Below are positions 1-9,068 of a stretch of 64,000 nt of DNA, piece by piece. Under the pieces are notes generated by a model, which was not told the origin of the DNA, made no database searches, and worked only from the letters and a program-made list of their open reading frames with translations. Numbering within the stretch: the stretch's first letter is position 1; every line of letters begins with the position of its first letter. The stretch spans positions 4,583 through 68,582 of the forward strand of contig DASYRN010000195.1 in NCBI GenBank assembly GCA_036004365.1. The letters run 5' to 3'. The translations under genes were made by a program, and so were the position numbers. The stretch comes from Candidatus Binatia bacterium. GTDB lineage: Bacteria; Desulfobacterota; Binatia; UBA9968.

Positions 1-156
1 AAAAGTGAATCTCTTTGTACTGAAAGTGATCATGACGTCTCTCCTTTCGTTGAAAAAATCACACCACAAACGGGAGCCAGAAGCTGAGATAACTAGGGAT
101 GTGGCTGGACGGGGTGATACTATTTAAAGGAGAAGACTTCCGCAAGAGAAAATTTT

Positions 157-1101
157 TTAACGGCCAGGCGGCACCAGGGAAAAATCGAGAAACTTCTGGA
201 AATCCAGATCTGCTGGCACGGGCCGCTCTTGGCGCAGGACGTCCATATATCCGCCGGCGACTTTGGGATTGAGCCGGCCATCCTTGGCAAACATCGACAC
301 CATCGTATCGTAGGTGCGCTCCCCCTCGCTGGGAGTCACCTTGAATTTATCGACGATCATTTTCACCGTTTCGCTTCGATTCGAGCGCGCCCACGAAGCC
401 CCTTCCAAGATCGCACCTACAGTCCTTTTTACGCGCTCCCGGTGGTTTCTAACTTCCGCTGCCGATGTGACCAGCCCGACGTAGGGAATGTCCGACATGT
501 CGCCCAGAAACTGGAATTTCTTGAACCCTAAGGAAACCGCCTTGTCATCGAAGGGGGGAGTGAGGACGGCGCCGGCCACCTGATTGCTGGTGAGAGCCGC
601 GAAACTCGATGCGGTTCCTCCGCTCGAGATGAGAGCCACATCCTTTTCAGGTATTTCCCATTTCTTGAGTGCCGCCAGAATAAAATAATGCGGCGCTGTC
701 CGGACGCCGGAAATCGCCAGGTTTCTTCCGATCAAGTCCTGCGGCTTATGGACCTCTTTGCTGGTGACCAAGATCCAGGGCGTGCCGTTGTAGAGGTTGA
801 GCACGACCACGAGTGGTAGACCCGAGACAGCCGCAGAAAGGCCGGTTGAAATGGACGGAAAAAAGTTTATGTTGCCGTTGATAACCGCTTGAGGTTGGAT
901 TCCGGTGCGCATCTGGATGTATTCGGCTTCCAAGCCGGCTTTCCTGAGCAGCCCCCTTTCTTGCGCCATGTAGAATGGGATGTAAGAAAAGGCCAGGGAC
1001 GGAAAGCCGATGCGGATCTTCTGCAGGCTTTCCGGTCCCCAAACAACTCCCGGAACAAAAAGGGCCGAGGCTAGAATGATGACCGACGTCTCGAGCCTCA
1101 C
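157..1101 (-). CDS. ABC transporter substrate-binding protein, NMT1/THI5 or NitT/TauT-like, periplasmic
   Basis: 314-aa ORF with an N-terminal signal-like hydrophobic stretch. Overall resemblance to NMT1/SsuA-type solute-binding proteins. Sits 10 nt downstream of the amidohydrolase gene on the same strand. Confidence 0.55.
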   Translation of the reverse strand: MRLETSVIILASALFVPGVVWGPESLQKIRIGFPSLAFSYIPFYMAQERGLLRKAGLEAEYIQMRTGIQPQAVINGNINFFPSISTGLSAAVSGLPLVVVLNLYNGTPWILVTSKEVHKPQDLIGRNLAISGVRTAPHYFILAALKKWEIPEKDVALISSGGTASSFAALTSNQVAGAVLTPPFDDKAVSLGFKKFQFLGDMSDIPYVGLVTSAAEVRNHRERVKRTVGAILEGASWARSNRSETVKMIVDKFKVTPSEGERTYDTMVSMFAKDGRLNPKVAGGYMDVLRQERPVPADLDFQKFLDFSLVPPGR

Positions 1102-1110
1102 GCTGATTCC

Positions 1111-2310
1111 TTATGCGACCGCTGCTTTCTGCTGGCCCTCTTTCTCCCAGCTTTCACGCGCGATCTTTAGCGCCCTGGGCTGGGGAAGGTTTTTCAGCTT
1201 GAAGAAATCGAGCGCATTGCGACCGAGGACTCTTTCCTTCTGAGCAAAGGTCAAATCTTTGCATTCAACGATATCTTTTACCGAATAGGGAAAGTGGCAA
1301 TCCCAGTGGCAATAGTCGGACGCGTAAAGGACCGTGCTGGCGCCGTTAGCCGCGAGAACGCGATCGAGACCGGTGTCTTCGGATTCGCAGGTCAGCACGA
1401 CTTGTTCGCTCTTGATGATCTCGCTCGGTCTGCGCTTCAATTCCGGCATCTGCGGCGCCAACTTTTCGATATGCTCGTCGAAGCGTTCCGCCCAGTAGGG
1501 GAGCCAGCCGGCGCCGCCTTCCATGAAGCCGACTTTCAGTTTGGGATAGCGGTCGAAGACACCTTCGCCGATCATGTGCATCATCGCGATCATGAGTTCG
1601 AACGGAAAGGCGGTCATGTGAACATAGACGTATTTGAAGAAGCGCTCGCTGCCTGCACCCATGACGCCAGAGACGCCGGGCACGCCGTCGTGGCCCGTCT
1701 GCGGATGGACGCTGAGCGGCATGCCCAAACTCTGGGCCGCTTCATAGATCGGGTCGAACATGGGATCGCCCATGTTGCGGCCGTAGACGTTGGTGGGAAG
1801 CATGGCCGTGACCGCGCCGGCCTTGGCGAGATATTCGAGCTCCTTGACCGCCGCCTGCGGGGCCTGACACGGGATCAAACCGACAGCTAGGAGGCGCTTC
1901 GGATCGGCCGAGCAATATTCCAACAGCCACTCGTTGACCGTGTGACAGAGCACGGTTGCCAGTTCGTCGCTCATTAAACCGTTGACGGTGAGAGCGATCT
2001 GCGTACCGAAGAGGACTGCCACGTCGATCCCTTCCAGGTCCATGTCTTTAAGTCGCGCTACGGGATCGGTCATTCCCGGACGACTCTTGCGCGCCTTTTC
2101 AGTCATAGGTCCAGACACGCCTGGCCCGGGCCCTTGGGATGCTGACCAGATTCGGCCTTCAAGCAAGATCCGCCAGTTGCCGAGATTGTCCCGCAGCCGC
2201 ACGGGAGCCTGCGAGCGCCACTTTTCGGGCATCCGGCTCGCCAGGTCTACATCGCCTTCGTACACGTGGCCGTCGGCATCCACGACCAGAATCCCGTCTA
2301 GGTTGTCCAT
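1111..2310 (-). CDS. amidohydrolase-2 family (ACMSD/TIM-barrel metal-dependent hydrolase-like) protein
   Basis: 399-aa ORF with acidic/His-rich motifs (DADGHVYEGD near the N-terminus, DYCHWDCHF near the C-terminus) typical of the amidohydrolase_2 family. Confidence 0.55.
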   Translation of the reverse strand: MDNLDGILVVDADGHVYEGDVDLASRMPEKWRSQAPVRLRDNLGNWRILLEGRIWSASQGPGPGVSGPMTEKARKSRPGMTDPVARLKDMDLEGIDVAVLFGTQIALTVNGLMSDELATVLCHTVNEWLLEYCSADPKRLLAVGLIPCQAPQAAVKELEYLAKAGAVTAMLPTNVYGRNMGDPMFDPIYEAAQSLGMPLSVHPQTGHDGVPGVSGVMGAGSERFFKYVYVHMTAFPFELMIAMMHMIGEGVFDRYPKLKVGFMEGGAGWLPYWAERFDEHIEKLAPQMPELKRRPSEIIKSEQVVLTCESEDTGLDRVLAANGASTVLYASDYCHWDCHFPYSVKDIVECKDLTFAQKERVLGRNALDFFKLKNLPQPRALKIARESWEKEGQQKAAVA

Positions 2311-2557
2311 CTAAGTCTCCTCCTCTGCGGCTGTTTCGTTCAGCGTCCGGAGTATAGGCTATCCATAAAGCCATTTTCAATCTGGTAGCTGTTGTCGGCG
2401 AAGCGTCGAAGCTCGTCCGCAATGTCTCCCAAGTAAAAGTTCAGAGAGGCGAGCTCTGCTAAGCGGTCTTTGCTTAGTAATTAGAAGATCTAAGAGATGT
2501 CCTCAGAAAGATCTTGGCCGGTTGACCCAAGGTGGTTAATTAGATATTCAGGCAAGG

Positions 2558-3787
2558 GTGATCCGCGAGATTCTCAAAGGATGTCTTGACGGCAAGCGAC
2601 TGGCAAGGAGCGATGCGCTTCTTCTTTCCGAAGTCCGTGGAGAACAGTTTCAATTCCTTCTTGCCGCTGCAGGCTTGCTACGCGATCGGTATAAGGGCAC
2701 GACCGTCACTTTCTCACCCAAGGTTTTTATCCCGCTTACGAATCTCTGTCGCGATTTCTGCGGCTACTGCACTTTCAGAAGGGCCCCCAGTGAAGAAGGC
2801 GCAAAGACGATGTCTTTGGAGGAGGTTCTAAGCGTCGCACGTCAGGGAAAAGTTTTGGGCTGCACGGAAGTTCTCTTCAGCCTTGGGGATAGACCTGAAG
2901 CGATTTACGCGGAGATGAGAGATTTCCTTGCGCAGGCGGGTCTACGCCGCACGCTCGATTATCTCTATGAAGCCTGCAAAACCGTACTGGAAGAAACTCA
3001 ACTCCTGCCCCACTCAAATCCAGGGCTGATGGGCAAAAGAGACCTCCATCGGCTTAAACAAGTCAACGTCAGTCTCGGTCTTATGCTGGAGAATATCAGC
3101 GAGCGACTCCTCGCGTCGTCAGCGCCTCATTTCGACGCGCCAGATAAGAGACCCTATCTTCGGTTAAAGACGATTGAGGAAGCGGGCCGGCTTCACATTC
3201 CCTTTACCACAGGCATCCTTGTTGGGATCGGCGAGAACATGGAGGAAAGGGTAGACTCTCTCCTTGCGATCCGCGAGATGGACGAGCGCTACGGCCACGT
3301 CCAGGAGGTGATTATCCAGAATTTTCGCGCCAAGCCTCAGATTCCGATGCGCAACCATCCAGAGCCGTCGCTTGCGGAGATGCTTAAAACCATCGCTTTG
3401 GCCCGTTTGATCCTGGGCGGCGAGATGAATATCCAAGCACCGCCGAACTTGAGCCCTGATACCTATCCGCTCTTTCTAGAAGCCGGAATTAATGATTGGG
3501 GTGGAGTTTCTCCTCTAACTCTCGACTACATTAACCCTGAGGCTCCTTGGCCGGCGCTGAGGGCGCTGAATGAGAAAACCGCGGGGGCAGGGTATGAGCT
3601 TAAGGCGAGACTCCCGATTTATCCCGAGTTTATTCTTCAGGCAGAAAAATTTGTTCCAAGTTCGCTTGCACCCTATGTAGAGAGGCTTTGCGGTAAGGAC
3701 GGCCTTGTAAGAAGAGAATTATCGCCACTGCCTACGATCCTTGAGCCGGAGCGCAGATTGCCCTCCGGGGTCAAAAGGATAGCTTGA
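2558..3787 (+). CDS. cofG: 7,8-didemethyl-8-hydroxy-5-deazariboflavin (FO) synthase subunit CofG, radical SAM
   Basis: GTG start. Motif VFIPLTNLCRDFCGYCTF (CxxxCxxC radical-SAM cluster in the CofG / FbiC N-domain context). First gene of the cofD-cofC-cofE operon. Confidence 0.7.
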   Translation: MIREILKGCLDGKRLARSDALLLSEVRGEQFQFLLAAAGLLRDRYKGTTVTFSPKVFIPLTNLCRDFCGYCTFRRAPSEEGAKTMSLEEVLSVARQGKVLGCTEVLFSLGDRPEAIYAEMRDFLAQAGLRRTLDYLYEACKTVLEETQLLPHSNPGLMGKRDLHRLKQVNVSLGLMLENISERLLASSAPHFDAPDKRPYLRLKTIEEAGRLHIPFTTGILVGIGENMEERVDSLLAIREMDERYGHVQEVIIQNFRAKPQIPMRNHPEPSLAEMLKTIALARLILGGEMNIQAPPNLSPDTYPLFLEAGINDWGGVSPLTLDYINPEAPWPALRALNEKTAGAGYELKARLPIYPEFILQAEKFVPSSLAPYVERLCGKDGLVRRELSPLPTILEPERRLPSGVKRIA

Positions 3788-3790
3788 AGG

Positions 3791-4711
3791 ATGCTGGTTG
3801 CTCTCACGGGAGGAACGGGCGGTGCAAAGCTCGTTCACGGTCTAAGCTTGGAGACCGATCCCCAGGATCTTTGCATCGTTTGCAACAGCGCTGACGATTT
3901 TCTCATACATGGCCTCTATATCTCTCCGGATATTGATACGATCACCTATACGCTAGCAGGTATCAGTGACACGACAAGGGGTTGGGGAATAGAAGGGGAT
4001 TCGTTTGTCGTCTTGGAGTGGTTAGGAAAGCACGGAGGCGAAACTTGGTTTAAAATCGGAGATCGAGATCTGGCGACCCATATTACCAGGTCGCGTCTCT
4101 TGCGTGAGGGTTGGATACTCTCGCAGGTTGCTGAGCAACTGTGCAAGAGCCTTGGAGTTAAGGCGACTCTCGTTCCGGCGACAGACAACAAGGTGGAAAC
4201 GAGAGTCGTCACATCGTATGGCGAGATCTCTTTCCAAGAGTACTTTGTCAAGAATCGGTGGGCCGATGAGGTAAAGGGGATTTTCTTTGCTGGCGCGGAG
4301 AAGAGCCACCCAGCGCCTGGAGTGGTAAAATCGATCCGTGGCGCCAGGGCAGTCATAATCTGCCCGAGCAATCCGGTAACCAGTATCGGTCCTATCTTGG
4401 CGGTTCCAGGAATCAGAGCCACGCTAAGAGAGACGAAGGCAACGGTTATTGCTGTCAGTCCCATCATCGGAGGATCACCGGTCAGCGGACCAGCGGACAA
4501 ATTGATGGCGGCTATGGAAATGGAGGTCTCAGCCTACGGCGTGGCCAAAGCCTATAGCGATTTCCTTGACGTCATCTTGATCGGCGCTGAGGATAGAGAG
4601 CTAAAGTCGAGGATCGAAGAGATAGGGATCAGAACCGTGATCGCCCCCATACGCATGGACTCCCTGGATGACAAGAAGTGTTTGGCACGGGAGGTTTTGG
4701 CATTGATATGA
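3791..4711 (+). CDS. cofD: 2-phospho-L-lactate transferase CofD
   Basis: N-terminus MLVALTGGTGGAKLVHGL, the CofD/YvcK-family glycine-rich start. Begins 4 nt after cofG and ATGA-overlaps cofC. Confidence 0.7.
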   Translation: MLVALTGGTGGAKLVHGLSLETDPQDLCIVCNSADDFLIHGLYISPDIDTITYTLAGISDTTRGWGIEGDSFVVLEWLGKHGGETWFKIGDRDLATHITRSRLLREGWILSQVAEQLCKSLGVKATLVPATDNKVETRVVTSYGEISFQEYFVKNRWADEVKGIFFAGAEKSHPAPGVVKSIRGARAVIICPSNPVTSIGPILAVPGIRATLRETKATVIAVSPIIGGSPVSGPADKLMAAMEMEVSAYGVAKAYSDFLDVILIGAEDRELKSRIEEIGIRTVIAPIRMDSLDDKKCLAREVLALI

Positions 4712-5373
4712 GCCTCTGTATTCTTATTCCTGCCAAGGGTTTCGCCAACGCGAAACAGCGGCTTTCCCCGCTTCTTAGTGCGAGGGAACGCTTCGTGCTT
4801 TCAGAAGCGATGCTTAAGGATGTTCTTCTCCAGGTGGCGTTAGCCAGGGGACTGGATGGGATATTCGTTGTGACGGGAGATCGTGGGGTAGGTGGTATTG
4901 CCTCTTCCGCGGGCGCGGAAGTGATTTGGGAAAGCGAGGAGAAAGGCGAAACAGAGGCCGTTGAGTTCGCTCTGCACGAGATGAAGCTAAGGGGGATTCA
5001 CAGCGCATTCGTAGTTCCGGCGGATATTCCCCTTGTCCACTTTAGCGACATCGAGGAGATTGTTGGACTCGTCTCGGTCAGATATTTAGTCCCGCCTTCT
5101 GCCCTTTTGGTTCCGTCCCACGACCGGATGGGAACCAACGGGCTCCTGCTTTCGCCGCCGGATCTTATTCCCCTTCGGTTCGGCTATGACAGCTTCTCTT
5201 ACCATCTTGGACAAATCGCGGCTCGGGGAGTGACGCCGCTGATCGTGGAAAATGAGAGGATCGGCCTGGATATCGACGAGCCCGAAGATCTGGAAAGATT
5301 GTTATCTTTGGGGGCAATCGGCGAAACTTTCGCCGCCCTCGCAAGTATGGGGATGAGCCTGGGGCGATTATGA
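4708..5373 (+). CDS. cofC: 2-phospho-L-lactate (or 3PG/PEP) guanylyltransferase CofC
   Basis: Start MSLCILIPAKG (MobA-like NTP-transferase fold signature of CofC). ATGA overlap with the cofD stop and a 4-nt overlap with cofE. Confidence 0.6.
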   Translation: MSLCILIPAKGFANAKQRLSPLLSARERFVLSEAMLKDVLLQVALARGLDGIFVVTGDRGVGGIASSAGAEVIWESEEKGETEAVEFALHEMKLRGIHSAFVVPADIPLVHFSDIEEIVGLVSVRYLVPPSALLVPSHDRMGTNGLLLSPPDLIPLRFGYDSFSYHLGQIAARGVTPLIVENERIGLDIDEPEDLERLLSLGAIGETFAALASMGMSLGRL

Positions 5374-6125
5374 GGAGTTTGGAGATCGTCGGGATTGAAG
5401 GATTGGGGGAAATCAAGCCAGGCGATTCGATTGGCGGAATCGTCGTAGAGGGATGTGCTCGGCTCGGTCTCTCTCTAGTCGACGATGATATTTTAGTCAT
5501 AGCCCATAAAATTGTTTCCAAGGCGGAAGATCGAACGATCTCGTTGGCTGAGGTCAAGCCGTCAGCGCGAGCCTTGGAGTTATCACGGCAGCTGGGAAAA
5601 GATGCTTCGATCCTGGAGATCATTCTGGGGGAGAGCCGGCGCATCATCCGTATGGGCGGGGGGACGATTATCGTGGAGACGCACCAAGGTTTCATCTGCG
5701 CTAATGCCGGAGTGGATCTTTCTAATGTCGGGTTGGGCCGGGTAGCTCTTTTGCCTCAAGATCCTGATCGCTCCGCAGCCGAGATCAGAGGGCAGATTCG
5801 GCAGTTGATCGGCGTGGCGCCGGGGGTCATTATCAGTGATAGTTTCGGCCGGCCATGGCGCCTCGGAACGGTGGATGTGGCGGTCGGCGTTTCCGGACTT
5901 AAGCCGTTGAAGGATGACCGGGGGGAAAAGGACCCGTACGGTTACGAACTTCGGGCTTCGGTGGCCGCTGTCGCGGATGAGTTCGCTTCGGCTGCGGAGT
6001 TGATGATGGGCAAAAGGGATGCGGTTCCGGTTGTCGTCGTCCGGGGCTACAAAGCAGGCGGTGAGGAAGGAACAGCAAAAGAGCTACTGCGACCGGAAGC
6101 GGAGGATCTCTTTCGCAATTTCTAA
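5370..6125 (+). CDS. cofE: coenzyme F420-0:L-glutamate ligase CofE
   Basis: 251 aa with the CofE-typical segment GFICANAGVDLSNVG. Operon position after cofC. Confidence 0.7.
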   Translation: MRSLEIVGIEGLGEIKPGDSIGGIVVEGCARLGLSLVDDDILVIAHKIVSKAEDRTISLAEVKPSARALELSRQLGKDASILEIILGESRRIIRMGGGTIIVETHQGFICANAGVDLSNVGLGRVALLPQDPDRSAAEIRGQIRQLIGVAPGVIISDSFGRPWRLGTVDVAVGVSGLKPLKDDRGEKDPYGYELRASVAAVADEFASAAELMMGKRDAVPVVVVRGYKAGGEEGTAKELLRPEAEDLFRNF

Positions 6126-6193
6126 CCCCCTCGCCTGCCGCTCTCTCCCGGCTACGGAAAAGAAGGATAGGGTGATGGTGGGAAGAAAGCTGG

Positions 6194-6853
6194 ATGCCTG
6201 TGGAAAAGGAACTCACTATAGCGATAGTCGGAGGAACGGGAAGCCTCGGCCGCGGCTTGGCGCTCCGGTTGGCACGGCCGGGAATCAAAGTCACGATCGG
6301 CTCGCGGGATCAGGCCCGCGCCCGCCAGGCTGCGGATGAGTTGAACCAACTGCTAGGCGGAGGTTCTGTTGAAGGGAAACTCAATTCAGAGGCCATCAAA
6401 GAGGCGGAGTTTATCGTTATCGCTGTCCCTTATGAAGGTCACGAGCAGATGGTCAGAGAGTTGGAAGGTGGCCTTAAGGGTAAGATCGTGATCGATGCCG
6501 TGGTGCCTTTGAGAACGGGCAAACCTTTTGTCCCGCCGGCCGGCTCCGCACTCCAGGAGGCGCAACAGATTTTGGGCGCCGATGTCCCGGTCGTGGGAGC
6601 TTTGCACAATATCTCCGCGGTTGATCTGCAGGATCCGCATTCGTCCCTCGGAGATATCCTAGTATCGGGCGATAACGACGTAGCAAAGGAAAAAGTCATG
6701 GAGATTATTCGAAGGCTCGGCGCGCGCGCCTTTGACGCTGGCCCGGCCAGCAATGCTTATGTGATCGAGGGGATTACCGGAGTCTTGATCTATCTCAACC
6801 GAAAGTACAAATCGAAGCACGCCAGCATAAAAATCACGGGGATTGGAGAATAA
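6194..6853 (+). CDS. npdG: NADPH-dependent F420 reductase (Fno/NpdG family)
   Basis: Rossmann N-terminus IAIVGGTGSLGRGLALRLARPGIKVTIGSRD. About 219 aa, the Fno size. Directly downstream of the cof genes. Confidence 0.65.
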   Translation: MPVEKELTIAIVGGTGSLGRGLALRLARPGIKVTIGSRDQARARQAADELNQLLGGGSVEGKLNSEAIKEAEFIVIAVPYEGHEQMVRELEGGLKGKIVIDAVVPLRTGKPFVPPAGSALQEAQQILGADVPVVGALHNISAVDLQDPHSSLGDILVSGDNDVAKEKVMEIIRRLGARAFDAGPASNAYVIEGITGVLIYLNRKYKSKHASIKITGIGE

Positions 6854-6887
6854 CGGAAGGAAGCCTCGAAGAGAAAGGAGATGCAAA

Positions 6888-8294
6888 ATGATTGCAGCGA
6901 AGAAGTTGCGCTTTTCCTTTGTTGTATGCTGCACTTTGGTTTGCTTAGGCTTGGCGGTCTATGCGTTTAGTCAGACCCAAATTCTCGGTGGCGCTAAGGA
7001 GCGGCAGCCGGGCTATGGCGAGATCGAAAATTTCACGATCCTTTCTTACAGCGACCTCGATGGCTGGGATCAAGTCGCTGAGTTTCGCGTGAGTCGCGAT
7101 GGGAAATTCGCCTATACATCGAACTATCGAGGCGCGACTATCGTCGATGTCAGCAATCCCGAGCGCCCTCGAGTGGTCTCGAGGATCAAGAACGATCCCA
7201 GCGTTCAGAGCCAGTACATAGATGTCTTGGGAAATATTCTTGTTGTAAACCAGGAGGCGGTTCGTGATGAGAAGGTCAAGACCTGGGAGGGGGGCATTCG
7301 TCTCTTCGATATCAGCGATCCGGCAAAGCCACGGGAGACGGCATTCTTCAAGACCGATGGTCCGCCCGGCCGCGGCGTCCACGGATTCTGGCTCCATGAA
7401 GACCCGAAGGGGGGAAAATTCGCCTTCATTTCGACCACAACGGAAGGTTACTACGGCAACATCCTGATCATTGCCGACATCACCGATCCTGCCAAACCCA
7501 GGGAGGTTTCCCGTTGGTGGTTTCCGGGGCAGTGGACTGCCGGAGGGGAAAAACGAGGAGAGAACTGGGTAGACCCGGAACGAGGGCTGCGGGAAGGGTT
7601 GCCCAAGATCTGGGTCTTTCTCCATGACATCACGACGTACAAAGACCGCGCATATCTCGCATACCGCGATGAAGGTGTTATTATTCTCGATATCAGCGAT
7701 ATCCGTAAACCTACCAAGATCGGCCAGATCAAGTGGTCCCCGCCGGAGGAAGGAAACACTCACAGCGTCGGAATTGTTGTTCCACCACACGCGGGCCGGC
7801 CCGACCTCATTATAGCGACTGACGAGATACTCAGACCCGAGCAATGCCCTTTCGGTTACATGCATATCCTGGACGTCCGCTATGAGAACAATCCCGTTCA
7901 GATTGGGACTTTTAGGCTGCCGTTGAACCGATTTTGTCCGCCGGACAGGCCGGGAAGGCGGTTTGGCATTCACGATGTGGAGCGGATGATAAAGGGAAAT
8001 ATTGTTTTCAGCGCCTGGAAAAATTCTGGCTTCTGGGCGGTCGACATCTCCGATCCCTATCGACCCAAGAGCGTCGGCCACTTTGTTCCACCGCCGTTTA
8101 CAAGAGCCAACGCGGACAACGGTCACGCTGACAATGTCTTTGTCCATGAAAACGGACTTGTATTTGCAAGCTCTTCGGATCCGGGCGGAGGATTTTGGAT
8201 CCTGCGGTACACACCAGGAGTCAAAGGGACTATGTCTTGGACACCGGACAACAAAAACGTGACCGTCAAGTATGAAAAGCAGCGCGGAAACTAA
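6888..8294 (+). CDS. secreted beta-propeller-like protein with LVIVD-type repeats (hypothetical)
   Basis: Start moved to the internal ATG (MIAAKKLRFSFVVCCTLVCLGLAVYAFSQ, a signal peptide) behind an AAGGAG RBS. Repeated hydrophobic-D motifs (ILVVNQEA, ILIIADITD, LIIATDEI). The long antisense ORF 6945..8390 is judged spurious. Confidence 0.5.
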   Translation: MIAAKKLRFSFVVCCTLVCLGLAVYAFSQTQILGGAKERQPGYGEIENFTILSYSDLDGWDQVAEFRVSRDGKFAYTSNYRGATIVDVSNPERPRVVSRIKNDPSVQSQYIDVLGNILVVNQEAVRDEKVKTWEGGIRLFDISDPAKPRETAFFKTDGPPGRGVHGFWLHEDPKGGKFAFISTTTEGYYGNILIIADITDPAKPREVSRWWFPGQWTAGGEKRGENWVDPERGLREGLPKIWVFLHDITTYKDRAYLAYRDEGVIILDISDIRKPTKIGQIKWSPPEEGNTHSVGIVVPPHAGRPDLIIATDEILRPEQCPFGYMHILDVRYENNPVQIGTFRLPLNRFCPPDRPGRRFGIHDVERMIKGNIVFSAWKNSGFWAVDISDPYRPKSVGHFVPPPFTRANADNGHADNVFVHENGLVFASSSDPGGGFWILRYTPGVKGTMSWTPDNKNVTVKYEKQRGN

Positions 8295-8698
8295 GAGGCG
8301 GATAACTTTTCTTCTGGTGTCGTGGCTTGCTGCATTCTCTCCTGTGGTTGCGCTTGCCGGCCACGGTGTTGAGGATACCATTGATACCATTCCGCCGGAT
8401 CGAGTGAAGCTTCTTCTGAACTCAGGTGAAAAAAGTGGTCCTCATCGATCTGGGTCCTGCGAGAGATTTCCAGCAGTTTCTCGGGGCGCGCTCGATCCCG
8501 ATAACGGAGCTGGAAAAAAGATTCAACGAAATTCTCAAGACGGGAAGGGTCGTTCTCTACTGCGCCTGTCAAACTTATGACATTACTAATAAAGCTGTTT
8601 TCTTGGAATATCGGGGGTATCGCAACATCTTTGTGATGCTGGAAGGGTATCCGGGCTGGGTGAAGCGAGGCTACCCTGTTGAGTCGGGTCGTCCGTAA
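8272..8698 (+). CDS. secreted single-domain rhodanese (sulfurtransferase); frame broken at an A6 run in this sequence
   Basis: Signal peptide plus PPDRVKLLLNSGEK in frame 1 continues as VVLIDLGPARDF...VLYCAC... (rhodanese fold) in frame 2. Removing one A from AAAAAA at 8429-8434 gives the continuous read ...NSGEKVVLIDLG... Confidence 0.5.
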
Positions 8699-9063
8699 TG
8701 GGTTGGTTGTGGGTCGTCATCGTCTATTTGGCGCTGCTTGCCCCGTCGACGGTCTCGGCCCACGCCTACTTGGTAAAATCGATTCCCGCACGCCGGGCCA
8801 TTCTGTTTAAAGCGCCTACTCGGCTCCAGCTCTGGTTCAATGAGAAGTTGGAGCCGCGCTTTTCCTCGCTGACGGTAACAGATTCGAGTGGCAATCGGGT
8901 AGACTTGGGCGACATCCAGGTCGGTGCGGAGGATCCTAAGCAGCTCTCCGTTGAAATCAAGCTGCTTCCTCCGGGAATCTATACCGTCGAGTTCCGAGTT
9001 CTGTCGGTCGACGGCCATGTCGTAAAAGACCAATTCTCTTTCACAGTCAGGGCAAGACGCTGA
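8698..9063 (+). CDS. copC: copper resistance protein CopC (periplasmic copper chaperone)
   Basis: Signal peptide ending AHA, then HAYLVKSIP... with an N-terminal His typical of the CopC Cu(II) site. 121 aa, immediately followed by copD. Confidence 0.7.
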   Translation: MGWLWVVIVYLALLAPSTVSAHAYLVKSIPARRAILFKAPTRLQLWFNEKLEPRFSSLTVTDSSGNRVDLGDIQVGAEDPKQLSVEIKLLPPGIYTVEFRVLSVDGHVVKDQFSFTVRARR

Positions 9064-9068
9064 GCGTC

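Noticed and set aside
6945-8390. 481-aa minus-strand ORF antisense to the LVIVD-repeat gene
   Set aside because: Arg/Ser/Pro-rich, low-complexity translation typical of antisense frames in high-GC coding DNA. The plus-strand ORF has a signal peptide, an RBS and repeat structure.
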